DNA of 64,000 bases from NCBI GenBank assembly GCA_965262615.1, contig OZ253545.1, positions 672,001 to 736,000 on the forward strand, read 5' to 3'. How positions within the stretch are numbered: position 1 is the first letter of the stretch; each line of letters starts with the position of its first letter. The notes beneath the pieces were generated by a model, which was not told the DNA's origin, did no database searches, and saw only the letters and a list, made by a program, of their open reading frames with translations. Below, piece by piece: positions 39,801-47,510 of the stretch. The stretch comes from Alphaproteobacteria bacterium (GTDB lineage: Bacteria; Pseudomonadota; Alphaproteobacteria; GM7ARS4; G965262615). Position numbers and translations under genes: made by a program.

Positions 39801-42365
39801 GATACCAGCGGCACGGCAAAAGTCTTGTTTCATCATGTGAGCCGCGAGAGGCTCACGGGAAACATCACTCTGCGTGATGGCAATGACACCATCCGAGTCG
39901 GAGATGCCAACAACCACACGCCCGAATGGGCGTTCACCAAAGCGACTTTGGGAAGCGGTGACAATGTCATTGACAATTACGGCGTGATGGCATGGGGCGC
40001 GCCGTCTCAAACTCCCACCATCACGGGTGGTGTGGCTAAACTCCAATTGCGTCCCGCCAGCAACACAGTCTTCTACATTGACTATGACACCAACGCAAAC
40101 CCCAATGCCTTCACCGCCATTGACATTAACACCAATTTGGAACTGTATGGCAGTGGCACTGCCGCATCTCAATTGCCCAAAATGACTTTGGTGCTGCCGT
40201 CTGACTACACACTGGCGGCATCTCAGAATGCCTTTGCTTTTTTGAACTCATCAGAAATCAGTTATTTCAATGCGCCGAGCTCGCCTGTGAATTCATCGTG
40301 GCTTGATGAAATTGCCGATGCCAGTTTTCAGCTGGTCAATGCCAATGGGTATGGCGTTGATGCCACCATCACGCTGGAAGAAAATAATAATGCCATTGAG
40401 CTGTCGTGGGCTGATGCGGCACAGGTGGCGGATGGGCGAGTCTATGGAGCTCCCAGCACCAAGCATGTCTATGGATATTGTTTGTATGACCAGCAAGGCG
40501 GCAACGGAGGACAAAAGGCATATGCGTCCTATCGGACGCAACCTCTTGACGCGCCTTCTGGAGTCAATCGCTGTGGAGCGTCTTTGGCGGCGAATTATTC
40601 ACCGTATTATAAGCCGCGCATTCCTTTTTCGGGACAATTCTTGCATGGCTTGCTGGCGAGTGGCAAGACGATTGTCAATCCCAATCGGCTGATGATTCTT
40701 GATGCGTTTTCCCAGCTTGGCGAGCGTTCCATTGTGGATACAATAAGTGGCAGAAGTCCTAACAAGCATGGCGATCATGTGCGGCGGTATGTGTTTGAGG
40801 ATTCATTTTTCAGCACCGAGGTAGACTTGCGTGCCATCGGCGCGTGTGAAGTGGATGATCTCAGTTCTCGGTTTTTAGACAGTGACTTGATTTTTGGATG
40901 TTTTGCCGCGGCGAAAAGACTCAGCAAGGGGCGTATTTTCAACACATCCTTTTCCATTGTGGGGGCGTTTGTGTGTGCTCAGGAGGCGGCGCGGCATGAT
41001 TGGATTATTGTCACGGCGGCGGGCAATCATCGTATCACAGGAAATCTGACGGAACCGGGCATTGCCGACCCATCCTATTCGGTGTCGGAATGCAATGGTG
41101 CGTCATCGGATGCGGGCGATTATGCACGGCGCGGCGGTGACAATGAGCGCGCCCAACCATGGGACACCGCGCCATCCGATGATGCCACGGCACAAACAGA
41201 GGCATTGTGGAAATCGGATCAATGGACGAAATGGCAGGAGAGCTACCGCATGGTGGTGGTGACCGAACTGGGAGAGACTAATGCGGGTGAAGGCAAAGTT
41301 AATTATACATCGCTGCAAGCTCCGTGTGCCTACACCCAAGAGCGGTGCCTGGGGGCGGTGACGGTGGGTGGCGGCACAAATCCGCGAGGCACGAGTTATA
41401 CTGCGCCTCAGGTGACGGCGGTGTTGCACAATTTGTATGCGGTGTGGAATCATCTTTGGAAACCCGATGACCCATCCACCACCAATGTCAATGAGTCTGA
41501 CCCCAGCCAATTGGTCAAATTATTGTTTGAGTGTGCCTCGCGCGTCAATGCCTCGGGCGGGACTGTTCCCAGTCAGAATGTTTGGGGTCATGGCTTGATG
41601 TCATACAGCTGTCTGACCAATCCTGTGGGGACGATTTCGTTGCCCTCGGCATTTCGTCTGTCTGGCGATGCTGCCAACGCCACGCCATTATCGGTGAATT
41701 CCACCGCGGACTTGGGCGGGCTGGTGGTTGCCGGCTCGCAAGTGGCGGGCGGTTCTATGACCATTTATGATTCCTATCAGCGTGATTTTAAGTATAACTT
41801 CAGCCGTGCGGCTTTGCCTCAGACACCGCTCTGGCGGCGCGCCTTGTTTGATGGCGTGACGGCGGACGATTACGGCTATTTTGCTCAGCATGGCTTTGTG
41901 GATGATGTCATGGTGATGGCGATTCATGAGTACGATGAGGCGCGAGTGATGCTCAATGATGGGCGCGGGCTGTTTGCGTCATTGACTGTGGGGCAGCGCG
42001 GCGGCAACGATTTTCACGGCTCGGGATTGTTCCAATTAGATGATGTGGTGAAGACTCGTGTGGGCTATCATCAATGCCATGAGGTGATGAGTTCATTGTG
42101 TGTCATGACTCATGCCAGTTGGGAAATGCAGCAATTGGACGGAGCGGCGGGCTCTTTGGTGCAGGATGTGCAGACCCATCAATATGACTTTGCCTTGGGC
42201 ACGAACTATCGCCACGAGATGGACGAGATGTCGGTGTTGTGGTCGGTGCGAGGATTGGTTCATTCCACCCCAGACGGTTCGGTGCGCCTCACCAACGGCA
42301 ACCGCTACGCCATCTCTGGCGATTGGGACGCCTCGGTTTCTTCGGAGTTTGTTTTGTCTTGGTGA
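27873..42365 (+). CDS. Giant (4830 aa) lipoprotein: nine ~450-aa beta-rich modules, S8 subtilisin-like domain, putative C-terminal barrel
   Basis: Lipobox LAAC-GGGGG; repeated Cys-pair/GHGI.IDG/GAG.D modules; S8 motifs ILD, HGDHV, AAGN, GTSYTAPQV; terminal W. Confidence 0.85.
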   Translation: MMMRVRLLCVCTIMLAACGGGGGDDGGGGPVGLPPLSASGDCASGSCSIAVQGRTDGGITTASLFEQANIDGVNGNVTFGVGAVDINQGGNGHGVFIDGTALSTPIGGSLTWHNNASSANSRIYVSGTRASSSPIHADATLFNNDITLFNNQITAAALYLKSANSITITNRSDLIFTPRDGSRFNDGLVGIVADTNADSSITIYNHARVGFASDAPSARGNNHKGIFVNSSSNQQSTVLLILQSSSVIDTRGGASSHAIFIDNLTGSATISNNGVIHASGDLVHYNNATPSTNISFFHSNANETSSGGWKSGGGNDTIRIGDNNNPPSASGSLRVTGSSWGAGNDVITNYANGTLTLGGSHDFGAGTDAIRNYGTLILGDGASASNTVRFSGLERFDLHENSITRLYLTAGNNNVLQTLVSDIPLRLQFVENRPPVLEIHLPSNYSSTSQGLFDLWDITSLRDNDGDAFSVSQAETSLTRMATVARIFSGGTRQSWLVSFIKKAGNDDIIQAMWGARPSAASLSCSSTAAGTVRTVSCRDGSSATLANGIDMGQEFLSVGGDLADGAYTGAINWTFQSLDSDVNSTGTSHGITMDGKTFGSLILGNMTITHQDETNTRTVFVRGDGSVSQGMDAAALFVRSGNALTITNGAPLVFDHDDSDSFENALTGIYGEGSGVLTLTHKGHIGFAKNETIAVASRGNQHRGIVLKQNGSGAMTVTNEGTIDVEAGSSSHAIVLDVGNSTGDVTVTNEGGIKAGGDVLRVTGSGAADVSFSHDSSTALTGSFTLGAGDDTVTNKANRVMTITAINGGGGTDIIDNYGTLSLGSQSQKTAAVTMSSVDELRLRSDSVMRLYLTSSGSNLQKIDTASALTLYGDTLKAVYLELHLPSGFTVSQTQSSFDLWDVTELKGIIGGTASASNLNTILSYLTGRASLRDSSGADLDNRLLFFAKKAGADDIITLSWIPKPGSAPFNCQQDLSQINCRYTQLFAGLGNGIKLPELFARVDQLDSDSVIGFTRSFTGNLTVNLSDIRTHINSSGTGHGIELDGTVLGSRVTGGLTLNRLNTETGVQVEVRGTNKAAIYVKSRTSATVNNVTHLRFAGSNSGLRGIEAISNGTGNVSVTNSAAIGFATNCSSNCGTGHRGILANHGGSGTVSITNSGTINLTGSGTAAHGIRVEAGTATGAVTVANTGTINVSGAAVSLTGGASNDTATIRFNTGSQVTAHELLNSSFAGTTTMTMAGGTATGRITAGGGSERIIVNGGTLTLANGTSNFGSGTDSLTVNNNSTLIFGDATNGSDGVSITGLETLTVNAGGALRFYLDSTFNATSGASSHKVDISGTVALNGTGDNASKIEIVVPSGYIIGNRAAFTLIDATTLTAQSLTALAAKLRVFKNDISYNGTFTLTEGTGETLQVTWSNLVSEALTCANSSGSITCNGGFAAEVQNGLTGETIFSKASVTTTLATATIGINNLTAVVNSAGMGHGIFIDGTDSDSRVTGNVTVTHQTTTAAANRQEVQVRGAEKAALYVRSAAGVSITNAANLVFKGSARNLRGIYAESAGAGSVTVTNSGALGFATACFTNCATHRLHRGILVFHEGTGTVTITNSGTIIMGKGENVVGTVTAVSAIRVSYGATTGAITITNTGDIWGDGVSNAVHFASRGNTTSTATVNFNGGTVRSQALVRSQGDLPLNIHVRGGSASGVLFLGDANETVTVSGGTLGFNVARFEDGTDALTVNNGGTLAVSKAVLISGLETFTINAGGALRFFLDSAFTNTSGEDAHKLEITSTVTLNGTSANAPTISIVVPSGYTIGNRVAFTLIDATTLTVNAATLAAMTSRARLIKGSDTYAGTFTFSEAANERLQVRWSDLILESFVCSRSNQNISCTGGIADVQNGITGTMIFTKAGITTALTAATITISRVGEINATGTRHGIFIDGTENDSRVTGSITVTHQTTGTKRDVQVRGTDKAALYVKSSAGVSITNGANLVFAGTTRNNGLRGIEAIAAGAGNVSVTNNNGATIGFASNCTANCGTGHRGIVATRTSSGTMTITNSGSINLTGSGTSSHGIYVNVGSTTGDVTVTNQGSIATAGDILHVTGNGSADVSFSHDSGTALTGSFTFGAGDDTLTNKAGRTMTIAAISMGDGMDTLNNDGTLTLGSFTTVTKDLTVSGLETIRGRPSSAMGLFLDYDNSAFVAIAHALAIEWTGHGLDGAPALDLYLPSDYILAAQTSFVVWDASSLTVQGLDKPTFWHEMSRRSRLYRSDGTLVRAALTIDEQTGGKVTAAWSFAESSSLTCGVSDGIVGRIDAYRLGCSGGISGTQAGQLGAGIDLRQIFKKASLATPINQNKGVSLSLNSLAANVNTSGTGHGIFFDGTDVQSSVSSSVSVTINNQPAVSGQTVRSIHVKGDGTAVGGIDAAAFFVRMKGVTAINNHAPLFFAKSGNQINNRLAGMMVDHEGTGSLTITNHAAIGVDSTVTVEETSRGNNHRGIMVRSRDASQVVISNLATATIDVTGSASSSHGVYITGNARNVTVINAGSLKATGDVVHYGDADGASQITFYQLGNDDNPSGITTRGGNDTVSVGAPPVGSVSFDVGRLTLSALAMGAGTDAVHNRNELIIGDATQTSDTVTISGVEQFHLHGGSHLRLYLDYDSNAFKLVTINSTFNLYGGEESGSPVIGLVLPSDYTNRGASSIRFLQATSFVKAGDVDNLATVLERMGSGLILYNHELLRLAYDSGTLAVANNAMTFTWTGNLILQKTSLTCSYNETDKDLECTGGTVGSGASQLGRTIDLGDIFDSNSPLTSPLTGFVTVFFKDLAGDVNGSGSGHGIIIDGTNARSTINGELTVLNQRLFAPNNDFPKRKVFVKGDGTVTAGFDAAAIYVKPTQNVTLGNRGILQFAPSGTSFRNGLVGMYVDGGSLSTVILVENISRVGFAADETISQSNRGTGHRGIVIKRVADGVIRLTNVHRNRGNGEYASIDVRGSGTSSHGIYLTGGASAVTVLSDGPILATGDMFHYANANGVAPITFFYTEDVMQKGSITTRGGNDTLCIGVTRDSGDACSLDSTLYPDNISNGFGNAKLNLTAVRMGAGNNDRIVNRGRLILGTATTPTHSMPFTGVEELHLLPSTETFLTASYDTTQKSYRTITIGADLELYKAPINTPQPRLHFVLPADAPTTSTAVMELSVQFDSIGIDDNSVVLSQYGNTMGNNFYDANLRLLNSHNNFTLNANGSLTVKWRLDINPSSLSCTNDFACTGGRASGEGALTKGISWNTLSLKKALIDNQDRSITFSFDNLASDINTTATGHGIDIDAIDQDLTISGDIGVNHQKTSSQKRRVFVAGDGTLVGGFDAAAMRVVSSEAVTIDNQGDLFFRATSRTLNNSLVAIYAESRDDQDHTITIGNRAAIGAPSALFGSKDALPVTTWGSNHAGVIVKRNHDGAVSLTNHAMGVIDVRVGSSAHAIVIDGGNGDDISIKQQGMLFASGNIVRYASGTANIEFTQDAPISRLSGGSIKTADGNDKIDIGCVSGGSCQSRLAAAFISSSLSLGAGNDNLTNYGTLHLTGGGNYDFGDGSTDNFNNYGTLWWGNVNRTSDQLTLAGSPIVNLLHGSTTRFYLAYENDAFKAIPMAGTLFLGGAGISNDATAPVIDLVLPPNYSWTGTKSVFDLITATSIGLAGESDAARTALLTSMSGVVRFFDYLGQSRTATASLTVTNNKLRVSWSGGTAVTSPVLGTISPSSLTCGFDVIKRALACHGGGASLVGGIVAPRLFKKAGIGNGLHSDATIYIDRLASDVNGTADGHGIEVRGATASSHIMDDVRLNYQTRTRTNQEKKIFVTGDGTATSGVNAAAIYVSSQKGVSITSWGALEFEHQGSEFNDSLVGIYGESRNNGAVTIVNGGRIGFGDGETVTNANRGKEHRGIFVKRAGTGEASITNSGIIDVTSDATSHAIYVSGGTGDITVTNRGELNVTGGDIFHYGDTSGTAKVLFHHVSRERLTGNITLRDGNDTIRVGDANNHTPEWAFTKATLGSGDNVIDNYGVMAWGAPSQTPTITGGVAKLQLRPASNTVFYIDYDTNANPNAFTAIDINTNLELYGSGTAASQLPKMTLVLPSDYTLAASQNAFAFLNSSEISYFNAPSSPVNSSWLDEIADASFQLVNANGYGVDATITLEENNNAIELSWADAAQVADGRVYGAPSTKHVYGYCLYDQQGGNGGQKAYASYRTQPLDAPSGVNRCGASLAANYSPYYKPRIPFSGQFLHGLLASGKTIVNPNRLMILDAFSQLGERSIVDTISGRSPNKHGDHVRRYVFEDSFFSTEVDLRAIGACEVDDLSSRFLDSDLIFGCFAAAKRLSKGRIFNTSFSIVGAFVCAQEAARHDWIIVTAAGNHRITGNLTEPGIADPSYSVSECNGASSDAGDYARRGGDNERAQPWDTAPSDDATAQTEALWKSDQWTKWQESYRMVVVTELGETNAGEGKVNYTSLQAPCAYTQERCLGAVTVGGGTNPRGTSYTAPQVTAVLHNLYAVWNHLWKPDDPSTTNVNESDPSQLVKLLFECASRVNASGGTVPSQNVWGHGLMSYSCLTNPVGTISLPSAFRLSGDAANATPLSVNSTADLGGLVVAGSQVAGGSMTIYDSYQRDFKYNFSRAALPQTPLWRRALFDGVTADDYGYFAQHGFVDDVMVMAIHEYDEARVMLNDGRGLFASLTVGQRGGNDFHGSGLFQLDDVVKTRVGYHQCHEVMSSLCVMTHASWEMQQLDGAAGSLVQDVQTHQYDFALGTNYRHEMDEMSVLWSVRGLVHSTPDGSVRLTNGNRYAISGDWDASVSSEFVLSW

Positions 42366-42531
42366 TGACGAGCTAGCTACTGCATGTCCTCAAAGACTGG
42401 GTGTAGCCAAAGCCAAGGCACTCGTCCGAGACTCCCATTTATTCCCCGAAGGTATTGTATTCATGGGTCACCCAGCCCTTTGAATGTTCTGATTTTGGCG
42501 ATTAGAAATTGAGCATAAAAATAATGCCGAG

Positions 42532-43662
42532 TCAAAATTTTTCTTTTTTTAGCTGTCTTAGGTCGTCTAATAGTCTATAACTAGTACTGCGTCCGCCTTG
42601 TGGATTTTGGTGCAAGATTCCGTGTGCTGTGAGCTGTTGAATATCACGCAAGGCGGTGTCGGTGGAGCATTGTGTCCATTGTGCGTATTTGGAGGTGTTC
42701 ATCATGCCGATGAAGTCATCTTGCAGCATGCGATTGATGATGGCTCTTTGTCGTCCGTTAAGATGGCATCCCTCAAGGGCTTGCCACAATTGATGCTTAA
42801 AAATCACGGCGTTGATATTTTCATCCGCCTGCTCAATGGCTGTCGTGAGGCATTGCAAAAACCATGTGAGCCAAGGGGTGATGTCACTGGAATTGCGTTG
42901 CTGCCGTTCCAGCTGGCGATAGTACTCTTTTCGCTGTGCCTCAATGTGGCGCGAGAGGCTGTAGAAGCGATGATGCGTCTGGTCGGCGCGTGCCAATGCC
43001 ATATCACAGATGGCGCGAGCGATGCGTCCGTTGCCGTCCTCAAAGGGATGGATGGTGACGAACCAAAAATGAGCCATGCCCGCAATGAGAATGGGATCGG
43101 TGGTGGTGTTTTTGGCAAACCATGAGAGAAAGCGCGTCATTTCCTTTTCCATGCGGGTGGCGGGCGGAGCTTGAAAATGAATTTTTTCATGTCCCACCGC
43201 GCCACTCACCACCTGCATGGGATCATTTTCTTTTTTGCGCCATGCGCCAACGGTGATGGGCATCAAGCCGCTCATGGCGGTTGGAAAGAGGGCTTTGTGC
43301 CAATCACACAGTCTTTTTCGTGTCAGGGGTTTTTGATAGTTTTGCGTGGCATCGGTCATCATATCCACCATTCCTTCCACATGACGATTGCCGTGCGGCG
43401 TGTCTGCCATATTCACGCCCAGTCGGCGCGCCACCGATGAGCGCACCTCATCGGTGTTGAGATGCTCCCCTTCAATGGCGGATGAAGAGCGGGTGTCGGT
43501 GGTGAGGGTGGCAAGAGTGGCTTCTTGCTTGAGGTCAAAGCCGAGACCAGACATGCGTCCCAGCAATAAGCCCTGCCGATGGCGCAGCCGTGCCAGAGGC
43601 TCAGCGAGTTCATCACCGCTCCATGTCAAACGATACCAGCGAGGATGGTCATGAATCCACAT
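42532..43662 (-). CDS. Fic family protein with DUF4172-type N-terminus and C-terminal wHTH
   Basis: Canonical HPFEDGNGRIAR; SSAIEGE; TSKY..CSTDTALRDI. Confidence 0.93.
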   Translation of the reverse strand: MWIHDHPRWYRLTWSGDELAEPLARLRHRQGLLLGRMSGLGFDLKQEATLATLTTDTRSSSAIEGEHLNTDEVRSSVARRLGVNMADTPHGNRHVEGMVDMMTDATQNYQKPLTRKRLCDWHKALFPTAMSGLMPITVGAWRKKENDPMQVVSGAVGHEKIHFQAPPATRMEKEMTRFLSWFAKNTTTDPILIAGMAHFWFVTIHPFEDGNGRIARAICDMALARADQTHHRFYSLSRHIEAQRKEYYRQLERQQRNSSDITPWLTWFLQCLTTAIEQADENINAVIFKHQLWQALEGCHLNGRQRAIINRMLQDDFIGMMNTSKYAQWTQCSTDTALRDIQQLTAHGILHQNPQGGRSTSYRLLDDLRQLKKEKF

Positions 43663-43664
43663 CG

Positions 43665-43709
43665 TATTCACCGCAAATCATGCGGTGAATATAGCCCCTA
43701 TTCACCGCA
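43665..43709. promoter_or_regulatory. Inverted/direct repeat operator-like site upstream of fic
   Basis: TATTCACCGCA-N5-TGCGGTGAATA-N7-TATTCACCGCA. Confidence 0.65.
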
Positions 43710-44081
43710 AAAACAAGATAAAAACAATTGGTTACGGGGGGCTGGATGAGACTAACATTTATTTCTTGAAGGTAAGACAAATTTCCCCTTGACATGTTAA
43801 AAAAGATATCTTACATATACGAAGTGGCTTTAAGCCACTTCGTTGCAGTCCTTAAAGTTTATTTGGAGGAGATGTTGTATGTCTATTAGACTTTTAGAAT
43901 TGATAGGAATTTTCCTGTCAGTGTGTGAATTTTTCTTTGAAATCTCTACAGATTTCCCACGAGGCATCATATTTTGGGAGGGGAATTTTCTTGATGTGAA
44001 AATTGCTGTTGTTCTACAGAATTTTTTTCTGTTATGGTCATCCTTTGTGTCTAGCTGATTTGAAGCTGTGAGGGCGTAACG

Positions 44082-45587
44082 ATGGCTTATATTACGGAGA
44101 AGATGCTATATAATTTGATGCAGTGCCCGCATCGGGTCACGATGGATTTGTTTTATGAGCATCAAGAAGAGAAGAAGACAAATTCTTTTGTAAAAATGCT
44201 TTGGGAAAAGGAGCTGTCTCATAAGGATGACATTTTCGAGGAAAAATCAAAGGAAAAGGGTGCTGTCAATTTAGATGGGTTGTCTGATGTTGAAAAAGAG
44301 AAGCAAACTATTGATTATATGAAAAAAAAAGCACCACTCATTTTAGGTGGGCTTATTCGAGTGGATCAATTAGAAGCTCGTCCAGATATTTTGCAATGTG
44401 AGGATGATGGCTTGTATGTGGCGGCAAATATCAAGGCAGGCATGGGCAGAGATAGTGGAACGGGGGATATCAAAAAGCATTATGGTGTCCAATTGGCATT
44501 GTGCATGGCAATACTAGAAAAATTGGGATTAGCGAGTAGCGAAGGCACTCCCTTTATAGAGGATATCAATAGAGACAAAGTGCCTTATGACATAGATGAA
44601 AAGCATGGTGCGAGAAAGATTTGGGACTTGCGGAGTGTTTACCGTGAATTCTTATCCAAAGCCGAAGAAATTATAGAAAAGCAGAGAAAGACAACGCCAG
44701 CTTATTCTACAGCAGTTTGCAGTTTGTGCCATTGGAATGAAATTTGCATGCGTCAATTGCGAGAGCAAGATGATTTGACACTGATACCTGAGTTGGGGCG
44801 AGCTAAAAGGGATGTTATGATTGACGAAATTTCCAACAGAAATGCACTCGCCCAAATTAACTATCAAGATTTTGCTGTTGGAAATAAGACAAATTTTCGT
44901 GGTATTGGAGTCGCCACTTTGCGTAAATTAAGTCAAAGGGCGCAATTGCTTGTTAATGAAGAATCCCCTTATATGAGAGGGGAAGTTGATTTGCTCAATG
45001 AAAGGAAAGAATTGTTTTTTGATATTGAGGTAGATCCCACAAGAGACTTTTGTTATTTGCATGGTTTTGTTGAACGCAACAATGGAAATAATGAAGATGA
45101 GATTTATCATTGTTTCTTTGTTGAAGATAAAAGCGACGAAGAGGAGGAGCGAATTTTTCGTGAAGCATGGAATTTCGTTAAAGATAGCATCCCATCGGCT
45201 ATTTATTACTACTCAAAATACGAGCGGACAATATGGCTTAAACTGCGCGACAAGTATCCAAACGTTTGTTCAGAGCAGGATATTGATGATTTGTTTGCAT
45301 CAAAAAATGGTTTTCAATCCTTGGATTTGTATTATGATGTTGTGAAAAAATACGGCGAATTTCCAACGATTGACCATTCAATCAAAACGCTGGCAAAATA
45401 TTTTGGTTTTAGTTGGCGGGAAGAGGGTGCATCAGGAGCATCGTCTATTGAGAAATTTGATAGATGGCTGGAAGGGAAAAATCCAAGGCTTAAGGAAGAG
45501 TTGCTAGAATACAACGAGGATGATTGCAAGGCAACGCGAGTCTTGTTGGACGCTATTCGTGAGCTTCCCATTAATTCGGAGCAATAA
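44082..45587 (+). CDS. TM0106-family RecB-like nuclease with RNase H-like C-terminal domain
   Basis: QCPHR, RPDIL, C..C.W...C, FFDIE.DP, YSKYE, SIKTLA..FGF.WR, YNEDDCKATR; AT-rich. Confidence 0.88.
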   Translation: MAYITEKMLYNLMQCPHRVTMDLFYEHQEEKKTNSFVKMLWEKELSHKDDIFEEKSKEKGAVNLDGLSDVEKEKQTIDYMKKKAPLILGGLIRVDQLEARPDILQCEDDGLYVAANIKAGMGRDSGTGDIKKHYGVQLALCMAILEKLGLASSEGTPFIEDINRDKVPYDIDEKHGARKIWDLRSVYREFLSKAEEIIEKQRKTTPAYSTAVCSLCHWNEICMRQLREQDDLTLIPELGRAKRDVMIDEISNRNALAQINYQDFAVGNKTNFRGIGVATLRKLSQRAQLLVNEESPYMRGEVDLLNERKELFFDIEVDPTRDFCYLHGFVERNNGNNEDEIYHCFFVEDKSDEEEERIFREAWNFVKDSIPSAIYYYSKYERTIWLKLRDKYPNVCSEQDIDDLFASKNGFQSLDLYYDVVKKYGEFPTIDHSIKTLAKYFGFSWREEGASGASSIEKFDRWLEGKNPRLKEELLEYNEDDCKATRVLLDAIRELPINSEQ

Positions 45588-45589
45588 AA

Positions 45590-45663
<74 letters not shown>

Positions 45664-45699
45664 CCAATGCGCGCACAGTAACACAATCGGCTCGTTGCC

Positions 45700-46218
45700 T
45701 CAAGGCGTGCCTCTGGTGCGTGTTGCCGCGAGGCGCGAGGGCCATTCGTTGCGCTTTGCCGCACGGTCATACAACACGACATTGACACATGCCGCCAGAT
45801 TCAAAGAGATTTGCGTGGGAATCATGATGGCATCACGACAGCGTTCCCGCATGTCGGCATTCAAAGTGCGATCCTCACCGCCAAAAAGATAAAACGCCCG
45901 CTCGGGATGCACATACTGCGGCAGAGCAATGGCATCGGGGAGAAAATCCACCGCCACCGCCACACAATCCAGAGGCAGCACCGACAGCACATCCGCCGCG
46001 AACACCACAGGAACATGGCGATAGGCGCGCATGGTGTCCCGTCCGCCGCCGCGCAGGCGAGAGCCGTTCAGTGCCACCAGAGACACCTCAAAAATCCCCG
46101 CCGCCCGCAACACACTGCCCACATTTTCATCAAACTTTGGCTGATCCAAGCCCACACACGCAAAACCACGCCGAGACTTTTTGTCTTTTTTGTGTGGCGA
46201 AGAATTTGCATTGTCCAT
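45700..46218 (-). CDS. SpoU/TrmH-family RNA methyltransferase
   Basis: PK..ENVGSVLRAA, YLFGGED, SLNLAACVNVVLYDR. Confidence 0.9.
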   Translation of the reverse strand: MDNANSSPHKKDKKSRRGFACVGLDQPKFDENVGSVLRAAGIFEVSLVALNGSRLRGGGRDTMRAYRHVPVVFAADVLSVLPLDCVAVAVDFLPDAIALPQYVHPERAFYLFGGEDRTLNADMRERCRDAIMIPTQISLNLAACVNVVLYDRAAKRNEWPSRLAATRTRGTP

Positions 46219-46319
46219 CGGATACTCCCTTGACATCGTGTCGGTTTTGCGTCAATTGGTCACTGTGAGGCGCGGCGTTTCCGTGTCGCGCCGCTTCCTT
46301 GTGAAACATACTATGATGA

Positions 46320-47510
46320 GTGAGTAAAATGAACAACTTTCGACAAAACTGTCGTTTTGGTTGGCTCGTGATGATGAGCCTTTTTGTCATCCATTCCGGC
46401 GCACAGGCACAGATGGAAGAGTGTGGGGAGCTCTGTGATGAAGATTTCTGGGCAACCGCAACGCCACAAGATGTGCAGGAGAAATTGGGATCGCGCGATG
46501 TCAATATGGGCGATGACATCTTTTTTACATTGTTGCATTATGCGGCGAAATTCAGTCCCAATGCGGATAATGTCAAATTTCTGCTGAGCAAAGGGGCAGC
46601 CATTGAGGCTCGGAATCGTGATGGCTACACCCCTCTTCATGCCGCTGTGGCTCATCAAACATTGGCGGTGGTCAAAGCCTTGGTGGATGGTGGTGCTGAT
46701 GTCAAAGCGCGCAACAATCAAGGATGGACACCCCTTCATGCCGCCATGCTCAATAATGATATCGGTGTCGCACGCCTGCTTTTGAGCAAGGAAGCCGAAC
46801 TGGAAGCGCGCAACAATGCAGGATACACGCCCCTTCACTACGCTGTGGAAAATAATCTCAATCCCGAATTGATTACCTTCCTGCTGGAACAAGATGCCAA
46901 CAGAGAAACACGCAACGCGGTTGGCTTTACCTTGTTGCATAGTGCCGCCAGTCGTAACCTGAATCCTGAAGTGGTGCGTCTTATTTTTGATGATGAAACC
47001 TCCGACATTAACGCCAAAGACGCCGATGGCTGGACACCATTTCATGCCGCATCGGCAGGAAATATTAATCCTCAGATTATTGAACTGCTCATTGAAAAAG
47101 GAGCGGATGTTAATCTGCAAGACAGGGATGGTTCTTATCCCATCCATTTGGCGGCGCGCTTTAATATGAATCCCGCCGTCATGGAAATGCTGCTGGAGCA
47201 AGGTGCAGATATTGAGTCTTTGGATAATGCAGAAAACACTCCCTTTCTTGCCGCGGTGGAATCAAACGACAATGTTCATGTCATTGAACTGCTGGTGGAT
47301 AAAGGGGCTGACGAAGGGGCGGTCAATGCCAATGGAGAGTCTGCTTATGATCTCATCAGAAACAATTTCTCTCGTTGTCCTGCGCTCACGGTGACTCTTG
47401 TCATGGGTGAGAAAGCCATGATTATCCCCTGTTCTAATGTCAGGGGCAGCGCGCTTCATCGCTCCATCTATGAAGACAACCGCTCGCTGTGGGATCGCTT
47501 GTTCTCTTGA
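46320..47510 (+). CDS. Secreted ankyrin-repeat protein (~8-9 repeats)
   Basis: Signal peptide ending AQA; repeated G.TPLH.A....LL..GAD. Confidence 0.93.
   Translation: MSKMNNFRQNCRFGWLVMMSLFVIHSGAQAQMEECGELCDEDFWATATPQDVQEKLGSRDVNMGDDIFFTLLHYAAKFSPNADNVKFLLSKGAAIEARNRDGYTPLHAAVAHQTLAVVKALVDGGADVKARNNQGWTPLHAAMLNNDIGVARLLLSKEAELEARNNAGYTPLHYAVENNLNPELITFLLEQDANRETRNAVGFTLLHSAASRNLNPEVVRLIFDDETSDINAKDADGWTPFHAASAGNINPQIIELLIEKGADVNLQDRDGSYPIHLAARFNMNPAVMEMLLEQGADIESLDNAENTPFLAAVESNDNVHVIELLVDKGADEGAVNANGESAYDLIRNNFSRCPALTVTLVMGEKAMIIPCSNVRGSALHRSIYEDNRSLWDRLFS

Noticed and set aside
42366-42531. Possible hairpin or gene remnant between the giant gene and fic
   Set aside because: Only short imperfect complementarity and no convincing ORF
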